Shown in pieces: positions 13,580 to 27,403 of a stretch of DNA of 64,000 nucleotides; positions within the stretch are counted from its first letter, which is position 1, and each line of letters begins with the position of its first letter. The stretch comes from Octopus sinensis. Its lineage: Eukaryota. The DNA is taken from the NCBI RefSeq assembly GCF_006345805.1, contig NC_043006.1, forward strand, positions 66,216,001 to 66,280,000, read 5' to 3'. The notes beneath the pieces are model-generated. The model searched no databases and was not told the origin of the DNA. It saw only the letters and a list, made by a program, of their open reading frames with translations. Made by a program: the position numbers and the translations under genes.

Positions 13580-14930
13580 TAGCGACACATGTCCAATCGA
13601 GAGAAATCTGTACGCCTGTGAGTTGGCGTTTGTTGCTGGTGAGGAAAACTGGAACAATTAGTCGGATGATCATCTTTTTGATGTGATCTGGAACATAGGT
13701 GTTAAATTCGTCGAATTTTGGTTGGCAGGATTGTAGTATTAACCAGATCTTGCTGGACAAACCATAAACAGCAGCAGCTCTTCGTTTGATAACCCGACCG
13801 CATCATCCTGTATGATTTTTTTTCAAATCCTTCATCGTTTGCAGGAGCCACAACATCTTTCTGAATTTGATGTACATTTTCTGCTTGTCAAAAAATTATG
13901 AAGTCGCAGATAATGCCCGACCATATATTTTCCAATACCACTTAAAGTTTTGTGTTTCTCTTTATCTCATGACTCAACTTTGTTATCCACAATATCAGCA
14001 TGTTGCATTTTCCCCCAGATGTCTCTAGCTGTAAGTTTATCCTCCTTATCATTTGCTTTCATAGCTGTTTGAAAGGTTTTTTTCAGGCAATGTCATAAAG
14101 TTAGCAATCACATTTTGATTGAACAAAGAAGTTGTATTCTTGGGGATGTATTTTACTCACACATTATCATAAAACTCGTTTTAAGTTGACTGAGTCACTT
14201 TGTACATCGTCCGAAAGGAGCAAAACTCTGCTGGGAATATTAAGTCTGTTACTGTGCTTCCCCACAGCAAGACAAAAAGATTTGCAAACCATTCTCTGAA
14301 GAGACCCTTAGTCACCCACCGAATGCCAAAATCAGATGTAAATTAAATTTGGCATAACCCTTAAATTTTCGGAATAATACACGAGTTTAATATCAGCATG
14401 AAGAAGCGTCGAACGAATTTTTGGAAGATCTATATCCTTGTGTTCATTTTTCTTCTCGAGAAATAAAAGTTCTTGCAGGCATGAGCTTCTAGAAATGCTT
14501 AGCTTCAAAAAAACTGCTCTGGTGTATAGCTTCTTCCAGCTATCATTTTTATAAGATGCTCAGGATAATTATCAGCGGCCTCTGTGTCACCAATCATATT
14601 TATGTCGTGCAAATTCAAGCTCTTCTTAAACCTTTCTTGTCAGACTTTACTGTTCAGAAAATATTTTGTCTTCAGAAGTTTCATCGTCCTTTTTCTGGAA
14701 ATCGTTATATAAACTTTAGACTATCTTTTATTAATTACCATGGTATTCATCGATGCAGTCGTTCCAGTCTCATCCTCGGTCTATTCGCTCAAGAGCCGTC
14801 CCATTTTAAACATCACATTACATTAAATCTATAACAAAATAATGGAATAATTTCTTCAGCTCTTCACTTAACTTTCCCTTTCTTGTTCTTACTGTAGATG
14901 TTTCAAGTGTTAATCTTTTGGTAAAGACGA
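13580..14930 (-). pseudogene. Tigger/pogo DDE transposase remnant
   Basis: Minus-strand fragments KMGRLLSE*TEDE..MVINKK, RFKKSLNLHDINMIGD, YTPEQFF..LMPARTFISREEK, WVTKGLFREWF, KYIPKNTTSL, LSNEELLL; many stops and frameshifts. Boundaries approximate. Confidence 0.75.
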
Positions 14931-14975
14931 TGAGTTTTTTCCCCGTTCGAAGCTTTTTTAAATATCAAGTTTAAT

Positions 14976-15100
14976 TTACAGATATTTACGGATATTTGTC
15001 ATCTTGTTTGTTATTAACACTACGTTTCGGCTGATATAACCTCCAGCCTTCTTCATTCTTCTTCATTCTCCAGCCTTCATCAGTTCTAAATATAGAACTG
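14976..15100. mobile_element. 125-bp hammerhead-containing insertion with 13-bp TSD
   Basis: TATCAAGTTTAAT at 14963-14975 and 15101-15113; the insert is homologous to 56812-56942. Confidence 0.8.
15016..15083 (-). ncRNA. Penelope-type minimal hammerhead, rearranged (stem I 5' strand lost)
   Basis: CUGAUGA-A-GGCUG-[expanded loop]-CAGCC-GAA-ACGU-A-GUGUU. Confidence 0.65.
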
Positions 15101-15561
15101 TATCAAGTTTAATGGCCACTGTAATCAGTTTGCGGTTCCTTTATGTCTAACTGCCTTCAATTCCACTTGATGGCTTCTTCCAAGACAGCTACAGTCGTTG
15201 GTAAATCCAACAGTGGTGGCCATCTGCAATTACCTACAACACATACATACATACATACATACATACATACATTACATACATACATATATACTTACATACA
15301 TGCATACATGCATGCATACATACATGCATGCACACATACATACATACACACATACATACATGCATACATACATGCATACATACATACATATATACTTATA
15401 TACTTACATACATGCATGCATGCATGCATACATACATACATACATGCATACATACATGCATACATACATACATATATACATACATACATACTTATATACT
15501 TACATACATACATACACATACATACATACATACATACGTACATACATACATACTTACATAC

Positions 15562-15592
<31 letters not shown>

Positions 15593-16339
15593 CTTACATA
15601 CATACATACATATATATACATACATACATACATACACACATACATACATGCATACATTCTTACATACATACATACATAAGACGGGCTTCTTTCAGTTTCT
15701 TTCTACCAAATCCACTCACAAGGTATTGGTTGGCCCAAGTCTATAGTAGATGACACTCGCCCAAGTGGGACTGAACACGGAGCCACGTGATTGAGAAGCA
15801 AACTCATTACAATGCGCGAGAATATATAACAAAATTCAAAATTCCACGTGGTAGAACACAGCGCGATAAAAATAAAAAACAAACAAACAAAATAGAGATG
15901 GCTGTTAAGCAGTGTCTGGTAGAATGCGATGTAGCGAAAGAGAAGCAGAGATAAAGTAATGTTGTGATTAAGAGACAAACAGAATTATAATATATTTATC
16001 ACGTCAGAAATCAATATATAAAATATTTATAAAATGATTTTCCATTAAAAATATTGAAATTATGGTCAATTATATCTGATAACGGAATATCAAACAGATA
16101 TAAAAATTATAAATCAGAAATTTTGATTGAAGCACGGTTTTGATTTAAAATTTGAAATCATAACGTTAGTCGTCATCACACAGTCGACGACTAATTAGCT
16201 TTTCCTTTCACCACATATACATATATCAACGCACTTTAACGTTTGTTTGTGTTCTTTAATGCTTTAAAACATTAAATATGGTTTCACCTACACAGCTTGT
16301 TTAATCATCATATTGATAACATCCAACACATTTATTCAA

Positions 16340-16605
16340 TTTGTTAGTCTTACACATACAGCCGTGTATGCCTACAAATATATAATTTAGTAGATTTAAT
16401 TAACGCATGGTTCCCAAGCAGTGCGTCGCGAGATATAGTTAGGTGCGTCGTAAAAAAAATATCGATAACGTCCTACATATATTTCATTTGTCAGTTTTAC
16501 ACATACTGTTGGTATGTCTATAAATATATAATTTAGTATACTTAATTAACGGCTGGGTTCCTAGCAGTGCGTCACGAGATGCAGTAAAATGCATCGTAAA
16601 ACATA
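16340..16605. repeat. Diverged ~147-bp tandem duplication
   Basis: TTTGT(T/C)AG..TTACACATAC..AATATATAATTTAGTA..TTAATTAACG..GGTTCC..GCAGTGCGTC.CGAGAT repeated at 16340 and 16487. Confidence 0.8.
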
Positions 16606-17174
16606 ATCAAATTAAAATAGCAATCTGTGTGTCCTACTTAATGTATGTACGTGGTTAACTGACAAGATAATGTGATTTTTTCGTCAGGGGCACAAAAAAT
16701 CATTCCGACATCGACTGGCAAGAAAACAAGTTGTATTTCAGCCTTCTTGAGCCTCGTCAATGACGTGTACGCACAGTCACATGTCAAGAGGAAATCCGTT
16801 TCCGATATATTAAAGACAGTTATTAATACATTCACTGATATTGCGAATTGCAACCAAGTTGAATAAAAACTCGGTTACGTTCATCTGTTACATTTTATGT
16901 GTTTCAGTCATCACACTGCGGCCATGCTGGGGCACTGCCTTGAAGAACCTTTAGTTGGATGAACCATCCCCGTGCTCATCTTTTTAAAGCCTGGTATGTA
17001 TTCTATCGGTCTGTTTTGCCGAACCGATAAGTTACATAGGCGTAAACACACCAAGACCAGTTGTCAAACGGTGGTGGAGGACAAACACAGACGTAAAGAC
17101 ACACATACATGGACACATATACATACATATATGCACGCACACACACATAACACACTCAAACGCACGCACACACA

Positions 17175-17260
<86 letters not shown>

Positions 17261-17570
17261 AAGAACACTAATGGTTTAAAGGCTTACTACAAGTGTTTCA
17301 GAGACGTTTTTTTTATATATATAAATAATTCGATTACGTACATCATGAAAAAACGTAAAATTTGTTTGAAGAAAAAATACCAAGATGTAGAGTGTGGAGT
17401 GACCGTCTCATTTCGGCCGCAATGAAGAGGAGGGTGAAGAGGTTATGCAGGTTTTAAAGGCCTTTGAGTTATAAAACAATCAACGGTCAATCTCACATCA
17501 AATTATTCCTTTAAAAAGATGACCACGCACGCACACGCACACACATACACACGCACACACATACACACAC

Positions 17571-17603
<33 letters not shown>

Positions 17604-17605
17604 TA

Positions 17606-17893
17606 TATTTGGCGATGGACATTTTCTTTTTGCCAAATAAACACATGCACTATATATTTGTTCAGCATTCATTTATTACTGTTCTTATTCTAATTCATAT
17701 CCCTTACCTGGAAATCTTACATAACACACCTGTGACAATGGAAAGTATTGCTGAGGAGGTCACAAATGTGTGACAAAATCTTTCCAGACAATGAACATGA
17801 GTTAGAATAAGAACAGTAATAAATGAGTGAAGAACGAAAATATAGTGCGTGTGTTTATTTGGCAAAAGAAAAAAAAACTGACCATCCCGAAAT
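17606..17893. repeat. ~290-bp imperfect fold-back (MITE-like) between (CA)n tracts
   Basis: Arms ~17606-17736 and 17759-17893 are reverse complements with mismatches. Confidence 0.85.
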
Positions 17894-17941
17894 ACAAAAA
17901 TACACACACACACACACATACACACACACACACACACACAC

Positions 17942-18029
<88 letters not shown>

Positions 18030-18224
18030 GTTGAAATTTACAGAAAAACAAAATACGATGACAGGTGTATAAACCAACGAGCAGGTGAGTGTATTAGTTT
18101 AACGCTCAGCAAGGTGAAAGAGTCCTTTACGTTTCGAGCCTTCGCTCTTCAACAGAAAGGAACACGAGGAAATAAACAAAGAGAGAATTATAAAAACTTG
18201 TGGAGTTAGCGGTCAATCATGGCG
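18030..18224 (-). mobile_element. (TA)n-anchored hammerhead-bearing element (motif 18124-18160)
   Basis: CUUU-CUGUUGA-A-GAGC-GAAG-GCUC-GAA-ACGU-A-AAGG. Confidence 0.8.
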
Positions 18225-18245
18225 ATATATGTATGTACGTAATAT

Positions 18246-18287
<42 letters not shown>

Positions 18288-18389
18288 TATATATATACAA
18301 ATTTATATTAATAAAGATAAGAGCGTTATTTAAAATACCGATCATATCAAGTGGCTAGCATGGGAATAAAAAACCTCATAGGTAATAAT

Positions 18390-19215
<826 letters not shown>

Positions 19216-19877
19216 ATAATTGTAAATCGAAAGGATTTTATTATTATTATTTTCTATTTGAAAATATAACGACGAAACGCGCGTAGTCTTTTTACTACTA
19301 TTTACTATTTATTGTTTTTGTACTTTATTGATTTTTAGAATAAGGTTTTTACGGTATATGTTTTCTATATGGTGTGAATAGCATCTTTCATTATTGAATT
19401 GTTTAACAGAGGCTTTTTCTCTAAATTATATAAAAATAATTATTCAGACGAGTGTACTGGCATAGATGTGGCAACATTTGAAATATTGTCGAGGTATATG
19501 CAGCTGATGAAGATAAATCAAATATACGTTGGCAAACGTATTTTGAAGAATCTGAAACCGGTACCGCATTATCCGTTTCTAGGTTTTTCATTTTTCAGAT
19601 GTTCTTCCTAGAGGTAAGACAATTTTTTTCATGTTTGTTGCACACACGCATCTCTACTAGTACATATGCAGTGAAGCTATACATTAGCGTCGTATTTATT
19701 ACGTTCGCTATTTTCCAGTAAATATCGGTGTTTCGTTGTGCCATTTATTTACTTTTATATGTATAATAATATATATATAACGGGAAGCTTTATGAAAATA
19801 AACAAAAGACGAAGGCAGGTGGAAAACAAACGAACAATTGTATTAGTATGGCGCTCAGGAAATATAAATAAAACAAG

Positions 19878-19915
19878 TCTTTAACGTTTCGAGCCTACGC
19901 TCTTCAACAGAAAGA
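19878..19915 (-). ncRNA. Minimal type-I hammerhead-like motif, A6U core variant
   Basis: UCUUU-CUGUUGA-A-GAGC-GUAG-GCUC-GAA-ACGU-U-AAAGA; predicted cut between 19883 and 19882. Confidence 0.7.
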
Positions 19916-20092
19916 TACACAGAGAGAGAAAAACACAGAAAGAAGGAGAGAATAAAAAATGCGTGCAGTAGCTAACGAATCAACATGGCGATCTGATTTC
20001 GGCCAGAGGTCAAAGATCAAACATGAGACGCGAGAGCGAAATAAGGGGAGATAATAGGGTTGATAAAAGGGTTGAGGGACCAGCTAAAAGTG

Positions 20093-20148
<56 letters not shown>

Positions 20149-20252
20149 TATATAACGGGAAGCTTTATGAAAATAAACAAAAGACGAAGGCAGGTGGAAA
20201 ACAAACGAACAATTGTATTAGTATGGCGCTCAGGAAATATAAATAAAACAAG

Positions 20253-20290
20253 TCTTTAACGTTTCGAGCCTACGCTCTTCAACAGAAAGA
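20253..20290 (-). ncRNA. Minimal type-I hammerhead-like motif, A6U core variant
   Basis: Identical to 19878-19915; predicted cut between 20258 and 20257. Confidence 0.7.
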
Positions 20291-20466
20291 TACACAGAGA
20301 GAGAAAAACACAGAAAGAAGGAGAGAATAAAAAATGCGTGCAGTAGCTAACGAATCAACATGGCGATCTGATTTCGGCCAGAGGTCAAAGATCAAACATG
20401 AGACGCGAGAGCGAAATAAGGGGAGATAATAGGGTTGATAAAAGGGTTGAGGGACAGCTAAAAGTG

Positions 20467-20536
<70 letters not shown>

Positions 20537-20664
20537 ACGGGAAGCTTTATGAAATAGACAAAAGACGAAGGCAGGTTTGCGGAAATAAACAAAAGACGAA
20601 GGCAGGTGGAATACAAACAAACAATTGTATTAGTATGGCGCTCAGGAAATATAAATAAAACAAG

Positions 20665-20702
20665 TCTTTAACGTTTCGAGCCTACGGTCTTCAACAGAAA
20701 GA
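20665..20702 (-). ncRNA. Hammerhead-like motif with a stem II mismatch
   Basis: Stem II reads GACC/GCUC. Confidence 0.55.
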
Positions 20703-20729
20703 TACACAGAGAAGAAACACATACATACA

Positions 20730-20761
<32 letters not shown>

Positions 20762-22419
20762 CACTACGGGTTTTTTTCTGCTTCCGACTACCAAATCGAC
20801 TGACAAAGCTTTGGTTGGTCGGAGGCTATAGAAGTAGGCACTTATCAAAGAAGACTCTTGCCACGCAATGGAACTGAACCCGGAACAATGTGGTTGGGAA
20901 ACAGACTTCTTACTTCACAGCCAGGCCTGCGCCTGTGGAATGTGAAGCGACCATCCTGGTTTAGAACAGCAATGGAATGGCTTTATCTAAAACTATGCAA
21001 AATTCAATCTAGTTTAGTTTTCTTTTGTTTTCACACACAAACGTCCAATTACAAATTTATTTCGCATTCTAATGCATATATAACATTACTAAATTCTGCA
21101 GTAAAAGATAAGGGCCAAAAATATGTACTTCGTGCTTATTGCTCTCTAACTTACTATTATTACCATCTGTTGGTTAATTAACTTATCAGAATAGAATGGT
21201 GACGTCATGACGAATTTGGCGCCGATCAAGTACAAAACACAGCGTGTCACATGAGCGTCTATAAGTGGACAAATGATTTGAAATAATGTCAAAATTGTTA
21301 TAATTGTGGACAAATGTTTAACATTTGTAGACATGAATTTAAATCTAAATATGCAAAGTGGAAGGTAAAATTTCGCTTCTGCTGCTATTGTATGCAATAA
21401 TTTCAAATATTTATATTTCGTTTTCCCTGCTGTCATTCACTGCTGTTAATGCTAGAATTTCTAATACAATTGTATTGTTCTTTTTCTTTTAGAATTGTGC
21501 AAAAAGCATCATAGAGAAGTTGTTCAGAAGAGCTTGATAATAATTGCGTGCAGGCGAAAAGCATTAAATTTCGTTTTTGTATTTCCTTTACAAGATTCTT
21601 GATAAGAAGTCGTGGATTGAAACAGATTTTGTTGCATCTCAGGAGGGTCATTATGCCAATAATAAACACACGCACCGGTTCTATTTCACTTCTTTTATTT
21701 TATTTTGATCCCTATTTTTATTAAGGTGGCAAGCTGGCAGAATCTTTAACAATCCGGACAAAATGCTAAGCGGTGTTTAGTTCGTCCTTACGTTCTGAAT
21801 TCAAATTCTGTCGAGTTCGACTTTGCCTTTCATCCTTTTGGGGTCCATAGAATAAATAAATATCAGCTGAGTGCTGTGGTCAATGTAATCGACTTACCCT
21901 CTTCCCCAAAGCGTTTCTCCAAAATTTAAAACCAATATTATTAATCAATTTGTTGACCATTTAACCAATTAACCAAGCGATTGATCAATAAGTCGTTCGG
22001 TCAATCGATCGATCAGAAAGAGTTGTGAAAGACGCGAAGAGACGAAAGGAATTTGACAAACCTCACTGACTGATTGTCCGAATGATTAAATAATCGATAA
22101 GTCAATTGGTTAAATGATTAACCGATTGACTTATCGATCCTTTTTACTGTTTGGCACAAGGCCCGCAATTTTGAGAGACAGGATAATTCGATTTCATCGA
22201 ACACAGAAAAAGTATCTTTTCTTTTTTTATCTCTTACTTGTTTCAGTTATTAGACTGCGGCCATGCTGGGGCAACGCCTTGAAGAAATTTCATTAGAATC
22301 AATCGATGCCAGTATTTGATTTTAAAGCCTAGTACTTGTTCTATCGGTCTTTTTACTGAACCGCTAAGTTACGGAGGCGTAAACACAACAACACCGGTTG
22401 TCAAGTGGTGGTGGGGGGA

Positions 22420-22456
<37 letters not shown>

Positions 22457-22466
22457 GCACATATAC

Positions 22467-22873
22467 TCTTTTACGCTTTTACTTGTTTCAGCCATTTGAC
22501 TGTGACCATGCTGGAGCACCGCCTTTCAGTCGAGCAAATCGTCCCCAGGGCCTATTCTTTGTAAGCCTAGTACTTATTCTATCGGTCTCTTTTGCCGAAC
22601 CGCTAAGTTACGGGAACGTAAACACACCAGCATCGGTTGTCAAGCGATGTTGGGTGGACAAACACAGACACACAAACATACACACACACATATACATATA
22701 CATATATACGACAGCATTCTTTCAGTTTCCGTCTACCAAATCAACTCACAAGGCTTTTGTCAGCCCGAGGCTATAGTAGAAGACACTTGCCCAAGGTGCC
22801 ACGCAGTGGGACTGAACCCGGAACCATGTGGTTGGTAAGCAAGCTACTTACCGCACAGCAACTCCTACGCCTA
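22467..22873 (-). mobile_element. SINE family A, full length
   Basis: Head, internal (CA/TA)n linker and tail are all present. Further full or partial copies (approximate): 15680-15810, 16900-17100, 20760-20932, 22240-22430, 23480-23630, 24385-24747, 26385-26920, 27570-28070, 33240-33655, 40130-40290, 40720-40920, 41108-41265, 41715-42160, 56290-56650. Confidence 0.92.
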
Positions 22874-22889
22874 TATATATATATATATA

Positions 22890-23283
22890 TACAAGATAAG
22901 AAAATGGAGAAATACATCTAAATCAAATATCAATTATCAGATAATACTCAATCACATACTTTATTAAACCACCACCTAAGAGACTGTAGGGTTAAACATA
23001 AAAAAGCAGAACAAATCAGTGCACATAAAGGAATGTACATAAAAAAGTGTACATAAAAGAGTAATGTTGTATAATAAGTAGAATATATATTCTACTTATT
23101 ATACAACATTACTCTTTTATGTACACTTTTTTATGTACATTCCTTTATGTGCACTGATTTGTTCTGCTTTTTTATGTTTAACCCTACAGTCTCTTATGTG
23201 GTGGTTTAATAAAGTATGTGATTGAGTATTATCTGATAATTGATATTTGATTTAGATGTATTTCTCCATTTTCTTATCTTGTA
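22890..23283. repeat. 394-bp loopless palindrome (197-bp arms, one mismatch)
   Basis: Centre between 23086 and 23087 (GAATAT|ATATTC); the only mismatch seen is CACCTAAG vs CACATAAG. Confidence 0.97.
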
Positions 23284-24169
23284 TTAGTAATTGTGGTAAA
23301 TCATTTTACCTTTGCCCATATAATACAGTAAATGAATTGATTGCATCGCAATCCTTAACATTTATGTATTAACTTTGTTGGGTACTTCACTAGCAGTATA
23401 TTGGATATATGTTATCCCATGGAGGGTTGCATTTACAACCCCTATCTCAATTTGTATATATATATATATATATGTACAATGCTCTTCTTTCAGTTTCCGT
23501 CTACCAAATCCACTGATAATGCTTTGGTCGACCCAAGTCTATAGTAGAAGACACTTGCTCACGATGCCATGCAGGTGGACTGAACCCGGAACCACATGGT
23601 TGACAAGTAAGCTTCTTACTACACAGCTACATCAAAAAGAATTCATTGAAAATCACATCTTCTAAGTTATAGGTTCTCAAAGAGGTCGTTAACCCCCCCC
23701 CCGGTGGGCGTTGAGACAGTCCAGGTGGGCACTGGTCCCTCAGAGTGCGGTGGGGAGAGGGGCGGTAGAGAAAAGGAGGCGTTGGGAGGAAGGCAGAGGA
23801 CTGGGTGACGCTATGAATTTATTATATTATTATTATAGTATTGTATTCAAATTATATAATGTTATATTAAATATCAAATGATTTACAGTATATATAAATT
23901 TGTAAAATATAAAATATTTATTTATACATAAAAATATGGGTAGGGTCTAAGTAATCGCCATATGATGGCGAATAGAGGCGGACAAAAAGGGGCTCCTCCG
24001 AAGGGAATCTTAAGGAACGTCACTGGACAGGGTGATAGCTCGGAAATTAGGGAGACTCTTCAGGACGAGGAAAAACCTTAATAAGATAAAACATTTAATA
24101 AATGTCTTTGGTTATTAATGTGAAGGTGCGTGGCTTAGTGGTAATGGTATTAGGCTCACGATCGTGAAC

Positions 24170-24375
24170 GGATTCTTCAAGTCGACCCAATCGATTGGAG
24201 TCTTTGGGCGTAGACCACGAACGAGATGATTGGATAATATCAATCGACGTAGTTGGTCACGCTTCGGAAACCAAGCGGAAAGCGCAATGCCTGTTGTTTC
24301 TGATAGGACCCTAAAGGTTGGAGGTACTCCAACGACCATCCCAAGAATAGTGGGCGGAGATAGAGAGATAGATAC
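24170..24375 (+). mobile_element. RTE-clade LINE 3' fragment directly after a truncated SINE head (24120-24168)
   Basis: GRRPRTR*LDNINRRSWSRFG..SDR..LEVLQRPSQE resembles the RTE/Rex3-type C-terminus; GATA-type tail. Confidence 0.6.
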
Positions 24376-24604
24376 GCTTTCACTCTTTTATTTGTTTCAG
24401 TCATTTGACTGCGGTCATGCTGGAGCACCGCCTTTAGTCGAACAAATTGATCCCAGGACTTATTCTTTGTAAGCGTAGTACTTATTCTATCGGTCTATTA
24501 TGCCGAATTGCTCAGTTACGGGGACGTAAACACGCCAGCATCAGTTGTCAAGCAATTGTGCGGGGATAAACACAGACACACACGAACGCACACACACACA
24601 CACG

Positions 24605-24667
<63 letters not shown>

Positions 24668-24745
24668 TCAGTCCCACGCAGTGGGACTGAACCCAGAAGC
24701 ATGTGGTTGGGAAGCAAGCTTCTTACCATATAGCCACTCCTGCAC

Positions 24746-24861
<116 letters not shown>

Positions 24862-26002
24862 GTATATAAAGAGCGCGCGCGAGAGAGAGAGAGAAAGTTG
24901 TGCTTCTGTGTGTTAGTATTTTTACATATTTTCCATTTAATATGTTTTTGGGACAAATTCTTTGTTGACCAGTGTTATTCTTATCGTAGTTTACAAACCC
25001 AAGCATGAAAACGTTACTCGACTTTGGAGTCTTGGAGACTGACGCCCCCTTTTCACACACATACACATGCATTTATAAATGATGTACACAAATAAATGAC
25101 AGGTATACATAATACTGAAATACGCATTAAGTAAACACATGCAGACAAATATATTAATATAACAAATTTAAAAATAATAATAATAGCATACAATCAATGA
25201 AGAGACAAAAGAAACAGTAAGATGATACATGTTGATTTTATTACGTATTTCTGTTTATTTAGAAACCTACGATGAACAGGTGATTTCACAGACGCTAAAC
25301 TATAAATTTCACAGGATACAACCTTAAAAATGACACCGCTCCGCTAAATGCAGTTTTTTCGATTTTTAAACCTCTGTAACTTGTTCCTCCTATTTTTCTC
25401 CACAACATCATACCTTCGTGGCAATAAGACTGGAAAACTACATTATTATAGCCGATTTTCAGATTTTTTACTTCCTCTTAAAATATGTGTATTTTTTAAT
25501 CAGATTAACTAGATCCCATTTGGTTGGCAAACACACACACACATACACATATATATATAATATAAATAATATTATATGAGTTAAATACGCAAACAATGAG
25601 AGAGTAAAATAGAATACAGGACAAGTAATACAAAGAATACAAAGAGCAACCTTTCATCAATTGTCGGTTGTCTGTCTACTCCCCATTTCGAGCAATCACC
25701 TACAATAAGAGTCTTCAATGAGAGTTGCTCCCATAAATGCCAAAATAACATTTTCGATTTATGGAGGGTTAAAGTTGGGAACAAAAACATGAAAGTGGGG
25801 ACATACAAGGAAAGCGAATGAAAACAAACATAGAAGGTCGTTAGACCAGAACGAGGGGAAAATAGTGAACGCTGAGAGAAATATTTTCTTTGAAAAGAGA
25901 AAAGATAGAAGAGAGATAGGAGACGTCCAATCCTAAGAACGTCCGTGCAGGAAAAGAAAGATGGACGATGGTCACGTGTGAGCAACGAGAGAGAGAAAAA
26001 CA

Positions 26003-26038
<36 letters not shown>

Positions 26039-26039
26039 A

Positions 26040-26330
26040 GACCAAAGCGTACGTACGCCGCTATATTTTTCTATATAAAAGTACAAAAATGGGACAAGAA
26101 CGCAAAACAACCAGACAGGCGATACAAAGAAAACAAGGACGGGTCATTCGGAGTTTCCTTTCCTCAGTCAAGTTCCAAATTATCTTTGCAATTTCGGCTG
26201 GTTATACTCGACATTGCTCCAATCTGGCCAGTTCCAAGGAAAAACTAAGCTAAGAACATTAGATTCCTTCGAAGAAAGCAGCGAATGTATGCGAAAACAA
26301 GGACGGAAAAAATGGAGAAATGGTACACAA
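26040..26330 (-). mobile_element. (TA)n-anchored repeat family; diverged homolog at ~40300-40618 (+)
   Basis: Shared AGCTTAGTTTTTC..CTGGCC..CAGCCGAAATT..CTTGACTGA..TTGTATCG..CGTTCTTGTCC. Confidence 0.7.
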
Positions 26331-26332
26331 AT

Positions 26333-26380
<48 letters not shown>

Positions 26381-27362
26381 CTTTTACCTGTTTCAGTCAT
26401 TAGACTGCGGCCATGCTGAGGCACTACCTTGAATTTCATAGTCGAATGAATCGACACCAGTACTTATTATTTAAGCCTGTTACTTATTCTATCGATAGTT
26501 TTTGTCGAACCGCTAAGTTACGGGGACGTAAACACACCAACACTGTTTATCAAATGGTGATGTGGTGCCAAACTCAGACACACACACACACACACACATA
26601 TATATACATATATGTACGACGAGCTTCTTTCAGTTTCCGTCTATCAAATCCACTCAGAAGGCTTTCGTCGCCTCCAGTAGAAAACACTGGCTCAAGATAT
26701 GTATATATCTACGTGTGTCTTTGTGTTTGTCCTCACAGATTGACAATCGATGTTGGTGCATTTACGGCCCCCGTAACTTAGCGCTTCAGCAAGAGATATC
26801 GATAGATTGAGTATCATGCTTAAAAAATATATATATACTGAGTCCATTTATTCGACCAAAATTTCTTCAAGGCGGTTCTCCAACATGGCCGCAGTCCAAC
26901 GACTGAAAGAGAAAAGATGAAAGCAAGAACGGCAAAGATTATTACCACCACCACCACCACAACCACCACTACTTCTATAAAAGCTGTTATTACTACTACT
27001 GTCGCCACAACTACCACCACTGCCATTATCACCACGACCACCACAACCATCTCAACCCTGTCAGTAATATTACCGCCAACAACAAGAACCCCACCACCGT
27101 TCCCACCACCTTTCCCACCACCACCACCACCAATTCCACTCCCCACCCATACCAATCTGGCGACCTTTCAACCTTCCGCTAACAATACCCGATAATTATT
27201 ACACCCGTCACTAACACCTCCACCCTTCCCCCTATTTGTACCCCAACCAAAATAACATTTTAGCGCCAGCCACCTCCTCGACACCCCACTCACCACGTTA
27301 CCTTTTACTTGCTTTCTCAGCCTCCTACACCCTCCTTCTATTTTACTACTACTACTACTACA

Positions 27363-27403
<41 letters not shown>

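Larger units (their letters stand above)
19778..20720 (-). mobile_element. Tandem array (2 full + 1 partial units) of the hammerhead-bearing element
   Basis: Units start at 19778, 20153 and 20535, separated by (TA)n. Confidence 0.92.

Noticed and set aside
19495-19535. CTGATGAAGATAAATC-AAAT motif
   Set aside because: G12 missing and stem I does not pair.
21200-21223. CRE palindrome TGACGTCA next to an E2F-like TTTGGCGCC
   Set aside because: Short motifs expected by chance; no other promoter evidence.
22093-22138. 21-bp-arm hairpin as a possible pre-miRNA
   Set aside because: Too short, 4-nt loop, embedded in ATCG/TTAA-rich low-complexity DNA.
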